In this document: positions 56,659-64,000 of the stretch, one piece after another | How positions within the stretch are numbered: the first letter of the stretch is position 1 | Layout of the letters: every line of letters begins with the position of its first letter | Position numbers and translations under genes: made by a program | Virus record (IMG/VR): IMGVR_UViG_3300037692_000137 | Coordinates: 160,001-224,000 of that record | Direction: 5' to 3' (one strand) | DNA length: 64,000 nucleotides | Source of the DNA: a virus | Lineage: Duplodnaviria; Caudoviricetes | Notes under the pieces: generated by a model | The model's input: the letters and a program-made list of their open reading frames with translations, nothing else | The model's database searches: none | Told to the model about the DNA's origin: nothing

Positions 56659-56982
56659 ATGGCAAAGTTACTTACAGATTTATCTGACTGTACAGAAAGC
56701 TTAATAGCTGAAGACCGCGTGGTTGTAATGCTGGTGCCATCAAACCCACCAGCTTTAGGAAACTCTGACGTTACTATGTGCAGAGCAAGAAGTATGAAAG
56801 CAGTTGAATTGGCCCTTATTGCGCCGCCTTCGGCCTGGACCAAGTTGGTCATTATACTCGACAGACCTTACGAGAATTACACCTCCAGGCAACTGAAAGA
56901 GGAGATAGCAAAAGGCCCTCAAAATGACACACCTGTACTATCTCCGAAAGAATTGATTTTCTTATCAGCTGACCAGAGTTAA
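56659..56982 (+). CDS. Hypothetical protein
   Basis: AAGGAG RBS; start re-called. Confidence 0.55.
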   Translation: MAKLLTDLSDCTESLIAEDRVVVMLVPSNPPALGNSDVTMCRARSMKAVELALIAPPSAWTKLVIILDRPYENYTSRQLKEEIAKGPQNDTPVLSPKELIFLSADQS

Positions 56983-57198
56983 TTCAGATTAATTCCCCGT
57001 TTATTTACAGAAATCAACAAAAAACTACTATTAATTAAACTACTGTAATAATTGGCTTATATATTAGGTTATATTTAGTCAATGATTACACAGTGTTACA
57101 TTCCATTGTTACGCTGTTACACTCCGTTACAATTGTATGTAATATAGTATAATAATAGTAGTAATATCAATGTACTATCAATGTAATGGAGAAGTGAC

Positions 57199-57969
57199 AT
57201 GAAGGCAAAGAATAGGGGTAGGCCTTTTGGTCATAAGTTGTCAGAAGAATCGAAACGTAAGATTAGTGTGTCTAAAAAAGGGTATAAGCACACAGTTGAA
57301 ACCAAAAATAAAATAACTAAATCAGTTACTAGATATTATAGTAATGGTTATGCCGTGGAGGGCACTACAATGGGAGTCAATATTAGTCCGAATAAGATTC
57401 GAGCATACAACCTTGGTGACAATGAATTCAACATCAAGATTGTTGAGGCTGATAATCGCTATGTGTACCTTACAGCAGATTTCACCTATGAATCTTTATT
57501 AGAAGAAACAGGCATGAAGATAATAGCTGTTAAAATGAGCACCATAAACCTTGAGCGTACACCAATCAAAACGGCCGATGATGTCGGATTTGGTACTGTC
57601 TCACAAATCAAAAAGGTCAGGCTCTCCTGCCGCTTTACAAAAATAAAGAAGCCGGCTGATTTTAACAGGATATTCCTAATTATGGAATCTAACTTTCCGA
57701 ATATACTTTTTAAGATAAATACACTGGTCACCAGAAAAAACGGCCATGAGTATGTCTGGAAAAGAAAACATGTCCCTGGTATGGACGGTATGCTTGTTAC
57801 AAAACTAATACTTACAGAGGTTGATAACAACCAGCCTTATGAACTGTCATCCGAAATGAAAAGACATATTTTAACTCTTGTTGAAGACTTTGTTGTTCCA
57901 AGATTCTGCAATATAGAGGTAACAGGGTCCCAAGAGGGGATTCAATGCACTGGTTATGAGAAATTGTAA
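57199..57969 (+). CDS. NUMOD3-motif protein
   Basis: RGRPFGHKLSEESKRKISVSKKGYKHTVETKNKI, similar to 15969..16385. Confidence 0.65.
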   Translation: MKAKNRGRPFGHKLSEESKRKISVSKKGYKHTVETKNKITKSVTRYYSNGYAVEGTTMGVNISPNKIRAYNLGDNEFNIKIVEADNRYVYLTADFTYESLLEETGMKIIAVKMSTINLERTPIKTADDVGFGTVSQIKKVRLSCRFTKIKKPADFNRIFLIMESNFPNILFKINTLVTRKNGHEYVWKRKHVPGMDGMLVTKLILTEVDNNQPYELSSEMKRHILTLVEDFVVPRFCNIEVTGSQEGIQCTGYEKL

Positions 57970-58000
57970 TACACACAAACTTTAAAGGAGCACCACTAAA

Positions 58001-58186
58001 ATGGCCCGTAATTATTGTAAAACTTGTGACTACTGCCAAGTGGTCAATGAAGAAAAAAGCCTTGGTAAATGCCGAATCAACCCACCAACTGTGATTGTTT
58101 ATGACATTGACATGGCGACGGTGTTTCCAAAAGTAGACATCCACAAAGACTGGTGTGGTAGTCATACCGAAAGCACAGGCGTCTGA
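58001..58186 (+). CDS. Cys-rich small protein
   Basis: CKTCDYC..GKCRINPP...DWCGSH. Confidence 0.6.
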   Translation: MARNYCKTCDYCQVVNEEKSLGKCRINPPTVIVYDIDMATVFPKVDIHKDWCGSHTESTGV

Positions 58187-58231
58187 GCAACTTGCCGACT
58201 ATTTTACCAGCTATCAGAGGATTTTTTAATT

Positions 58232-58483
58232 ATGGAAACTTTTCCTTATATAGTAACCGTGACTGTTGGAGGAGTAACTTTAACTTTGCCTTTTAACACA
58301 AGGGAAGCTGCTTATGATGTATTTTCCACAATGCTGGATAACATGCGTGCTACTAACCATATAGCAGCTGTATATAGAGACTCCCAGGAAGTACTCTTAT
58401 TGCTGCCGGCCGCTGTTTTACGTAAAGCCGTGATTCAGTTGCTGCCCGCTCCTACTGCTAACTTCTACACTGGTAAACCCTAA
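58232..58483 (+). CDS. Hypothetical protein
   Basis: GAGGA RBS. Confidence 0.5.
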   Translation: METFPYIVTVTVGGVTLTLPFNTREAAYDVFSTMLDNMRATNHIAAVYRDSQEVLLLLPAAVLRKAVIQLLPAPTANFYTGKP

Positions 58484-58548
58484 ATAAGCAGTTAAGTATT
58501 AAAATGTAGTTAAATTGAAAAATGTAAATTGAGGAGCATAGAATTAAA

Positions 58549-59637
58549 ATGGTATCAACAACTTCATGGAAAGAGGAGTACAAGGATTTTGTAATACAGC
58601 ATTTGCTGGCTGGAAATAATCTCAAGGAGGTGGAGGTTGCTTTACATGCAAATTTTCCTTCCAGTACAGATTTGACCGTTGATACACTGGCAAAAAGAGT
58701 AAATAGCATACGAAAAACAAACGAAGCCTTACAAAATGTGTTTGTGGGGGTGAGGTACAATGTTTCTCTGGCTGATTTTATAGGGTTGTACAACGACCCT
58801 ACGCTCTCTACAAAGGATATTCGTGACACATTTGGTATGAACTACTGCACTCTATCCAAGGCACTTGCATATGCAGAAGCCAGTGGTATACCAGTTATTC
58901 GAAGAAAAGTGGCAACAATAATGGTAAAGAAAAGCAAAAGCAAAGTTACCAATAAACGTGGGGCTACTCTTAACTATACTGCTAGACCAGTAAAGAGGGC
59001 GGAAGAACAAAAAGCAGTAGAAGCTATTGTTGAACATGGGGGCTTCTTTGGTCTTACTAACAGCAATGTTATTGAGCACTGGGAAATGTTTAATCATCTC
59101 CTCCGCCCGAAATCGCCATTTTTCATCGCAGAAAGGGACCCGGAAGTATACTCAGTAATAAAAGCACAAGTTGAGGCGCTCCAACAGGATGAAACACAGC
59201 CGAAGGCAAAGAATATCGTTGCTGTCCAGGGAGATCTGTTTAGTGAACTACGTCGTAAGTACGCCAACAGCACAAAAAGCCTTTTTCGCTACGGGCACCT
59301 GGATTTTTGCAACACCGCACTCACACTGGTAAGGGATGGGAACCTTATAAACGATCTGACGTGGCTCGCCAACAGTACCATTTTAAAAGACGTCTTTTAT
59401 ATGGATATTACATTCGTCCACAGAATGGACCACTCCTCCCCTCCGATGTATGATACTGTCTTAAACCACTTCATACCCAGCATCTTTTCCGCTTGTGGTT
59501 GGATGGTGTCCACTTTTGAAGATAAGAACCAAATAGAACAGGAAGCAGAGACACACGGGTTTTACAAAACATACCATGAGAATTTCAGATCTGCTAAAAT
59601 GGTTCGTGGCTTCTTCAAATTTGAACGTAATTATTAA
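58549..59637 (+). CDS. Hypothetical protein; HTH-like middle and possible methyltransferase-like C-terminus
   Basis: IRDTFGMNYCTLSKAL; QGDLF...GHLDFCN. Confidence 0.55.
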   Translation: MVSTTSWKEEYKDFVIQHLLAGNNLKEVEVALHANFPSSTDLTVDTLAKRVNSIRKTNEALQNVFVGVRYNVSLADFIGLYNDPTLSTKDIRDTFGMNYCTLSKALAYAEASGIPVIRRKVATIMVKKSKSKVTNKRGATLNYTARPVKRAEEQKAVEAIVEHGGFFGLTNSNVIEHWEMFNHLLRPKSPFFIAERDPEVYSVIKAQVEALQQDETQPKAKNIVAVQGDLFSELRRKYANSTKSLFRYGHLDFCNTALTLVRDGNLINDLTWLANSTILKDVFYMDITFVHRMDHSSPPMYDTVLNHFIPSIFSACGWMVSTFEDKNQIEQEAETHGFYKTYHENFRSAKMVRGFFKFERNY

Positions 59638-59648
59638 AAGGAACCGTT

Positions 59649-59834
59649 ATGTTATTTAATAAAGAGACACGCTATTGGCAAAAAGAATACAGAGAAGGAC
59701 GTCTAGATAATGTGGGCATGCTAGGAGAAACCAGGGCTTTACTTGATGGCTCGGCAGAAAAAGGATTCTGGGTCATAGTGAAAGTCATGTGCATTGTAGC
59801 GTGCCTCCTTCTCGCACTCTGTATTTGGCACTAA
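59649..59834 (+). CDS. Small membrane protein
   Basis: C-terminal TM. Confidence 0.5.
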   Translation: MLFNKETRYWQKEYREGRLDNVGMLGETRALLDGSAEKGFWVIVKVMCIVACLLLALCIWH

Positions 59835-59853
59835 TCATTAAAGGAGAGCTTCA

Positions 59854-60285
59854 ATGCTTGATAATGATATGAGTTTAAGGGACATCTCCATAGAGTATGA
59901 CAAAATATACTCTGAGATGCAGGAGTTGTTAAACGAATACCAACCCTGTAGAGGGTATCATGGCGAGCCTTGTATTAGAGTAGGCTTTTGTTGTCAAGGT
60001 TGCAAGCACCTAAGCGAAACAGGTTGCACTGTTAAGTCTATGTGGTGTAAGTTTTGGCTTTGCGCTTCCGCGACGGCTGGATTGTCAACAAAGTTTCTGA
60101 CTGGGAGAGCCGCGTTACAAAAACGGTTCTACAAATTACCCTTTTCCACATGGCTTGAGGGGAGATACTCAAAAGCTCAATACATAAGGGCTCTTGTGCG
60201 TTTACGGCACCGACGTAAACGAGTAGCAGCAAGAAAATTAAGGATGAGTGAAACAAATGCCACCTGTACACATTGTTCAAGGTAA
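59854..60285 (+). CDS. Cys-cluster protein
   Basis: PC...CCQGCKHL..GC...CKFWLC; AAGGAG RBS. Confidence 0.6.
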   Translation: MLDNDMSLRDISIEYDKIYSEMQELLNEYQPCRGYHGEPCIRVGFCCQGCKHLSETGCTVKSMWCKFWLCASATAGLSTKFLTGRAALQKRFYKLPFSTWLEGRYSKAQYIRALVRLRHRRKRVAARKLRMSETNATCTHCSR

Positions 60286-60331
60286 AGTTATATGGGTGCA
60301 TGGGGTAGTTACTGGGACTATCCCTATATAC

Positions 60332-60640
60332 ATGCGCAACTATAAATTCTCCCCAGAGAAAGTATGTAGTATACTTAACATAAAACTACCCACTCTTCGT
60401 AATTGGGTAGCTGGTGGGTTTGTTGGAAAGCCTAAGCAGCTCACCAAAGCCTGTAGTTTTGATTTCTGGGAAGTACTCAATATAAAAGTTTTCAAGGAGT
60501 TACGGGCTTTTGGACTCCGACGAGAGTTGGTGGGGAGGGTGGTAATGGGTGAGCGCTTGACCCATGGTGCCGATGTAGTTATAAATTGGCAGGAACAAGT
60601 ACACTCCTTAAGAAAAATGTTGCAAGGTAACTTATCCTGA
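60332..60640 (+). CDS. MerR-like HTH DNA-binding protein
   Basis: SPEKVCSILNIKLPTLRNWVAGG...FDFWEVLNIKVFKELRAFG. Confidence 0.7.
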   Translation: MRNYKFSPEKVCSILNIKLPTLRNWVAGGFVGKPKQLTKACSFDFWEVLNIKVFKELRAFGLRRELVGRVVMGERLTHGADVVINWQEQVHSLRKMLQGNLS

Positions 60641-60951
60641 TTTAACATCAGGTAAAATAAAACGAGACGCCTCCGGCCGGCGTCAGTTAATAGGCCGGTA
60701 TATTTTTCATTGAAGCGGTAGGCCAACTGCTGATGGACCTCCTTATCCCCTGTTGTCGAAGTCAAAAAGAGCTGTATGCATATCTTTTTGATAAAGTGCT
60801 AAAACAATCTTAACAAAACAAATGACTGATGGATTACTATAAACAGGTACGAATGGCTCGGTGTAATTTAAAGTTATATTGTGCAAGCCGGCCTATTCAG
60901 GGGTAGGTTGGTGTTAAGATACCTTTTTCTATAAACATACACACTGGAGGT

Positions 60952-61167
60952 GTGGTAGTGAAGATAAGATTTCGTGGGCAAAAGATAACCGTCCGATTGA
61001 TGACCGACGAGGAGATCATAAGAGCCAGATGCCTTTTTAGAGAAAGATCTTGTTTTGATAGCGATTCTAGTAGTATATGGCGTGAATCTAATGCACAAGG
61101 TGATCGTGTTGGAGAACATCCACATAGAGAATATGTGGAGATAATCTCCTCATGGTTTAAATTATAA
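60952..61167 (+). CDS. Hypothetical protein
   Basis: GGAGGT RBS. Confidence 0.5.
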   Translation: MVVKIRFRGQKITVRLMTDEEIIRARCLFRERSCFDSDSSSIWRESNAQGDRVGEHPHREYVEIISSWFKL

Positions 61168-61177
61168 AATTATATAT

Positions 61178-61408
61178 GTGGAGAAAATAATCATGAGTTC
61201 CGCAGTAAGAAGTTCGGAAGACGACCCTACTTCGTTTAGCCCGCTGCATACATTTGAAGAGTATGCTGGAAGCACGAAAGATGGCCGATGTAGGGATTAC
61301 CTTTCCGTGGTAAGAGCAGTAACCTGCTTACACGGAAGTATGGAAGAATTTTCTAAAGAATCTGAGCAAAAAGCTCAGGAACATGGTAATAATTCGGAGG
61401 ATTATTAA
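61178..61408 (+). CDS. Hypothetical protein
   Basis: Operon context. Confidence 0.45.
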   Translation: MEKIIMSSAVRSSEDDPTSFSPLHTFEEYAGSTKDGRCRDYLSVVRAVTCLHGSMEEFSKESEQKAQEHGNNSEDY

Positions 61409-61409
61409 C

Positions 61410-61646
61410 ATGTTATTTACAGTGTTAAAAGTCGGTTTTATTTTCATGGCTGGTTTTGGCGCCGGGATCGCTATTGGTGTGATTAGCACCACAGAAACGT
61501 ATTATACTTTAACAAGTAGGCTTTTCGAAAAAGACTGTACTACAAGCACCGTTTATCATGCTGCCCGTGAACATGAGTTTATAACCTCATTGGTGCTCAT
61601 ACTTCTATCTTTAATTGGTTTAATCCTTACAACCTACTTAAAGTAG
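61410..61646 (+). CDS. Two-TM membrane protein
   Basis: GGAGG RBS; start re-called. Confidence 0.55.
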   Translation: MLFTVLKVGFIFMAGFGAGIAIGVISTTETYYTLTSRLFEKDCTTSTVYHAAREHEFITSLVLILLSLIGLILTTYLK

Positions 61647-61675
61647 AAATAAATCCAAAAGCTACGAGGCAAGGC

Positions 61676-61888
61676 ATGTCGGATAAAATAAAAAAGTACA
61701 CATTCTATTTCTTGGATGGAGTCCAGTCTGTTGGTGTTGGTACTTCTGTATCAAAAGCATTTGCTAACGCTGGTTACGGCGGCGGGGCAATAAACGTAGT
61801 AGATTTCTGGGAGGAGGGTGATCATATAGCGCACATCTGGAATAAGTCAAAAAAATGTTGGGAAACCAATTCCGAAGTAAGCATGTAG
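61676..61888 (+). CDS. Hypothetical protein
   Basis: GAGG RBS. Confidence 0.55.
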   Translation: MSDKIKKYTFYFLDGVQSVGVGTSVSKAFANAGYGGGAINVVDFWEEGDHIAHIWNKSKKCWETNSEVSM

Positions 61889-61925
61889 TAAATAAACTAT
61901 AATTAATTAATTGTGGAGGATTCAA

Positions 61926-62738
61926 ATGATCAAAATGAACGATGTGGAAAAAGATTTGCGTAAGGCACTTACCATGTTTAACATTTTATTGCCTTTTACA
62001 CTCTCAGATCTCAAGAAAACATACAGAGAGCTTTGTCTGCAAAACCACCCTGATCGCTTTATCGCTGGCCCCGGCCGTGAGGCAGCTAATGATTATATGG
62101 CTGAAATTAACACCGGATTCCTGCTGCTCGGTAAGTGCGCGGCGGACGACAGGTCTGAGGATGAGATGTTGCTGCTTGATAAGGAAACCCTCATTGCCCG
62201 GCTGTCCAAAGATCCCTTTGCTGTATATGATACCTGTAGCTCGTGTGGCGGTAAGAAAGTTGTTACGCATACTTACGTAAGCGGTCATGATGACTGCTCT
62301 GCTTGTGGTGCTCATGGTTACACAGAAAAGTTGTGCAAAGACTGTTACGGTACCGGCATTTTCTTGGCCGGGGTAAAAGAGCTGTCCTGTTCCATCTGCA
62401 ATGGCTCCGGTTCTTTTACCACAAGGAGTGGAAAAGTTGTTCCCTGCTTGAAATGTGACGGAACTGGTGTGTTCCATGTGAAACTCAAAAATCAGTACAA
62501 ATGTCGCACTTGTGCTGGTGTTGGCACAATTGTGACATCTTGTCCCACGTGTAACGCCATAGGCGTAGTTGCAGTCACTGGGGAAAAGAAGACTGTCTGC
62601 GCAGCCTGCCTGGGCGTTGGCGAAGTAAAGAAGGATTTATGGAATCCCGTTATCAAACCTGGCGCCATCCTGGCCATGAATATCTGCCACAAAAACCGCA
62701 CGAAACATCATCGTAACACCTCCGTTGCTGCCGGCTAA
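61926..62738 (+). CDS. J-domain protein with eight CxxCxGxG-type zinc repeats
   Basis: LKKTYRELCLQNHPD...MAEINTGF; eight CxxC repeats. Confidence 0.85.
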   Translation: MIKMNDVEKDLRKALTMFNILLPFTLSDLKKTYRELCLQNHPDRFIAGPGREAANDYMAEINTGFLLLGKCAADDRSEDEMLLLDKETLIARLSKDPFAVYDTCSSCGGKKVVTHTYVSGHDDCSACGAHGYTEKLCKDCYGTGIFLAGVKELSCSICNGSGSFTTRSGKVVPCLKCDGTGVFHVKLKNQYKCRTCAGVGTIVTSCPTCNAIGVVAVTGEKKTVCAACLGVGEVKKDLWNPVIKPGAILAMNICHKNRTKHHRNTSVAAG

Positions 62739-62796
62739 TCCACCAAAGTAACTTGAATGAGGGTTCCGTAAGGAGCCCTTATTCTAGGTAATATAA

Positions 62797-63006
62797 ATGA
62801 TAATCACACCCGCTATTAATAAGCTACCGTTCGACCGTAAACTCCCGTTTAAGGCCATTAAGCAAGCTCGAAGTAAGAAGATGCTTGAACTTGTAAGTTG
62901 TACCAACTGCAAGCACAGAAGATCCCGTCTCAATTTATCCCCAAAGTATAACACATGTCTCATCTGCAATAACTTTGATAGGTGGGAATTCAGAATCATA
63001 GCCTGA
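62797..63006 (+). CDS. Small CxxC protein
   Basis: CTNC...CLIC. Confidence 0.5.
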   Translation: MIITPAINKLPFDRKLPFKAIKQARSKKMLELVSCTNCKHRRSRLNLSPKYNTCLICNNFDRWEFRIIA

Positions 63007-63016
63007 GGTAAATACT

Positions 63017-63298
63017 ATGAGAAAAGTAGAAATACGCATATTAGAGGGGCATCCTGACGAAATGTATTTTAACATTGAGTTGCTAACGGATGATGCTTCT
63101 GCCAAGGAAGGGCCAAGTACCATGAGAATGATAGTAACTAAACATATCTCAAGTATGCAGCCTTCTACCGGATTTAAACATCTTCCACATTTCAGTGAGA
63201 GAGAAATGCAGCATATTACAAGCCACACACGCTTCTGCTTTGACTTATTTTCTGCTGAAAAAGAACTGGCTGTACTATGGCTAAATAACCTTGACTAA
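63017..63298 (+). CDS. Hypothetical protein, paralog of 63319..63615
   Basis: TK...P..GF..LP...E.E..H.R..D.F shared. Confidence 0.6.
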   Translation: MRKVEIRILEGHPDEMYFNIELLTDDASAKEGPSTMRMIVTKHISSMQPSTGFKHLPHFSEREMQHITSHTRFCFDLFSAEKELAVLWLNNLD

Positions 63299-63318
63299 AC
63301 TGAAAGGATTTCTGGATT

Positions 63319-63615
63319 ATGAAGAGCGTAATTTTAGAATGGAACCCAAAAATTGGAGATCAGTCACTTGAAGTGATAGTATCCTTTGTGGGTAAGCATA
63401 TACCTTTGGCAACTATTGTTGCTACAAAGCAAACAATGTCCTGGAAACCGTTTCCAGGATTTTATGCACTTCCAGAAACAACTGAACAAGAGAGAGACCT
63501 CGTAGAAACGCATGTGCGCACTTACTATGACGCTTTCTTTCGGTTGGTTAAAGAGACTACAATCTGGTACGATGAAACCTCTACCGTGGAGGCTAGAATA
63601 CAAAAATCAATATAA
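63319..63615 (+). CDS. Hypothetical protein
   Basis: AAGGA RBS; paralog of the previous ORF. Confidence 0.6.
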   Translation: MKSVILEWNPKIGDQSLEVIVSFVGKHIPLATIVATKQTMSWKPFPGFYALPETTEQERDLVETHVRTYYDAFFRLVKETTIWYDETSTVEARIQKSI

Positions 63616-63625
63616 AGGAGTTACT

Positions 63626-63757
63626 ATGGCAAAAAAGAAACGCCCAAGCGAGGAATTTGGAATAAGAATTCCAGTACCCCCACCTAATCAAGCGCATAAA
63701 AACAAAAGTAAATATGTGCGCAAGCCCAAACGTCCAAAGGAGGACGCAGATGAATAA
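63626..63757 (+). CDS. 43-aa basic ArfA-like peptide
   Basis: AAGGAG RBS; PPPNQAHKNKSKYVRKPK. Confidence 0.55.
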   Translation: MAKKKRPSEEFGIRIPVPPPNQAHKNKSKYVRKPKRPKEDADE

Positions 63758-64000
63758 AAAGAGTAAGTATAGTTCGGTTGAAAATACGTTTGTTTACGCG
63801 TTACTTTGCTTGAAGCAGAAAGCCTTGTCTGCCTTTAAAGACAACGTGCCTTCGTGGATTTCTGCCCAAATTAAGAAAAAAGAGCTTTGCTCAGACAACT
63901 GGTCCCTTTCGGAAGAGAATCTTAATCACGGGGCAGAGCTGGTGTTGACACTCAGTTTGGTATCGGAGGCCGGCGTTAAGAACAAAGTAGTAAAGCTTTA
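63750..64000 (+). CDS. Partial ORF running off the window end
   Basis: AAGGAGG RBS; MNKKSKYSSVENTF... open to the edge. Confidence 0.6.
   Translation, partial: MNKKSKYSSVENTFVYALLCLKQKALSAFKDNVPSWISAQIKKKELCSDNWSLSEENLNHGAELVLTLSLVSEAGVKNKVVKL

Noticed and set aside
40649-63603. Most minus-strand ORF-track entries in the early block (e.g. 49651..50253, 50717..51319, 60340..60765, 62004..62477)
   Set aside because: Antisense overlaps without support; only 53265..53537 has its own RBS and promoter
1-64000. tRNA/rRNA genes, integrase, prophage att sites
   Set aside because: None recognised by eye; tRNAscan-SE would be needed to exclude tRNAs

Overview
This window is a segment of a large AT-rich tailed dsDNA phage (Caudoviricetes) genome in the standard genetic code. 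No rRNA, tRNA, CRISPR array, integrase or reverse transcriptase was recognised. Positions 1-39.4 kb are one minus-strand block: fibre/structural genes, a head module (major capsid, decoration, scaffold, protease-like, portal), terminase, accessory enzymes (HD protein, dNMP kinase, Csp, GH24 lysozyme, volactin-like actin, ClpP, PIN-PhoH), a receiver / receiver-HD-GYP pair and adhesin-like fibre genes. After a ~0.9 kb non-coding gap, 40.3-64 kb is a plus-strand block of mostly small early-type ORFs. The most notable signal is structured RNA that the ORF track misses: (1) a 264-nt group I intron splitting the cold-shock protein gene; (2) two type II hammerhead ribozymes with compensatory changes; (3) a c-di-GMP-I riboswitch directly upstream of a secreted DUF1566 gene, in a genome that also encodes an intact HD-GYP c-di-GMP phosphodiesterase, suggesting a phage-encoded c-di-GMP write/read circuit. 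A Gram-negative host is inferred (GH24 lysozyme, lipoprotein); a Desulfobacterota-like host is only a guess. All family assignments come from motif recognition by eye, not database searches.
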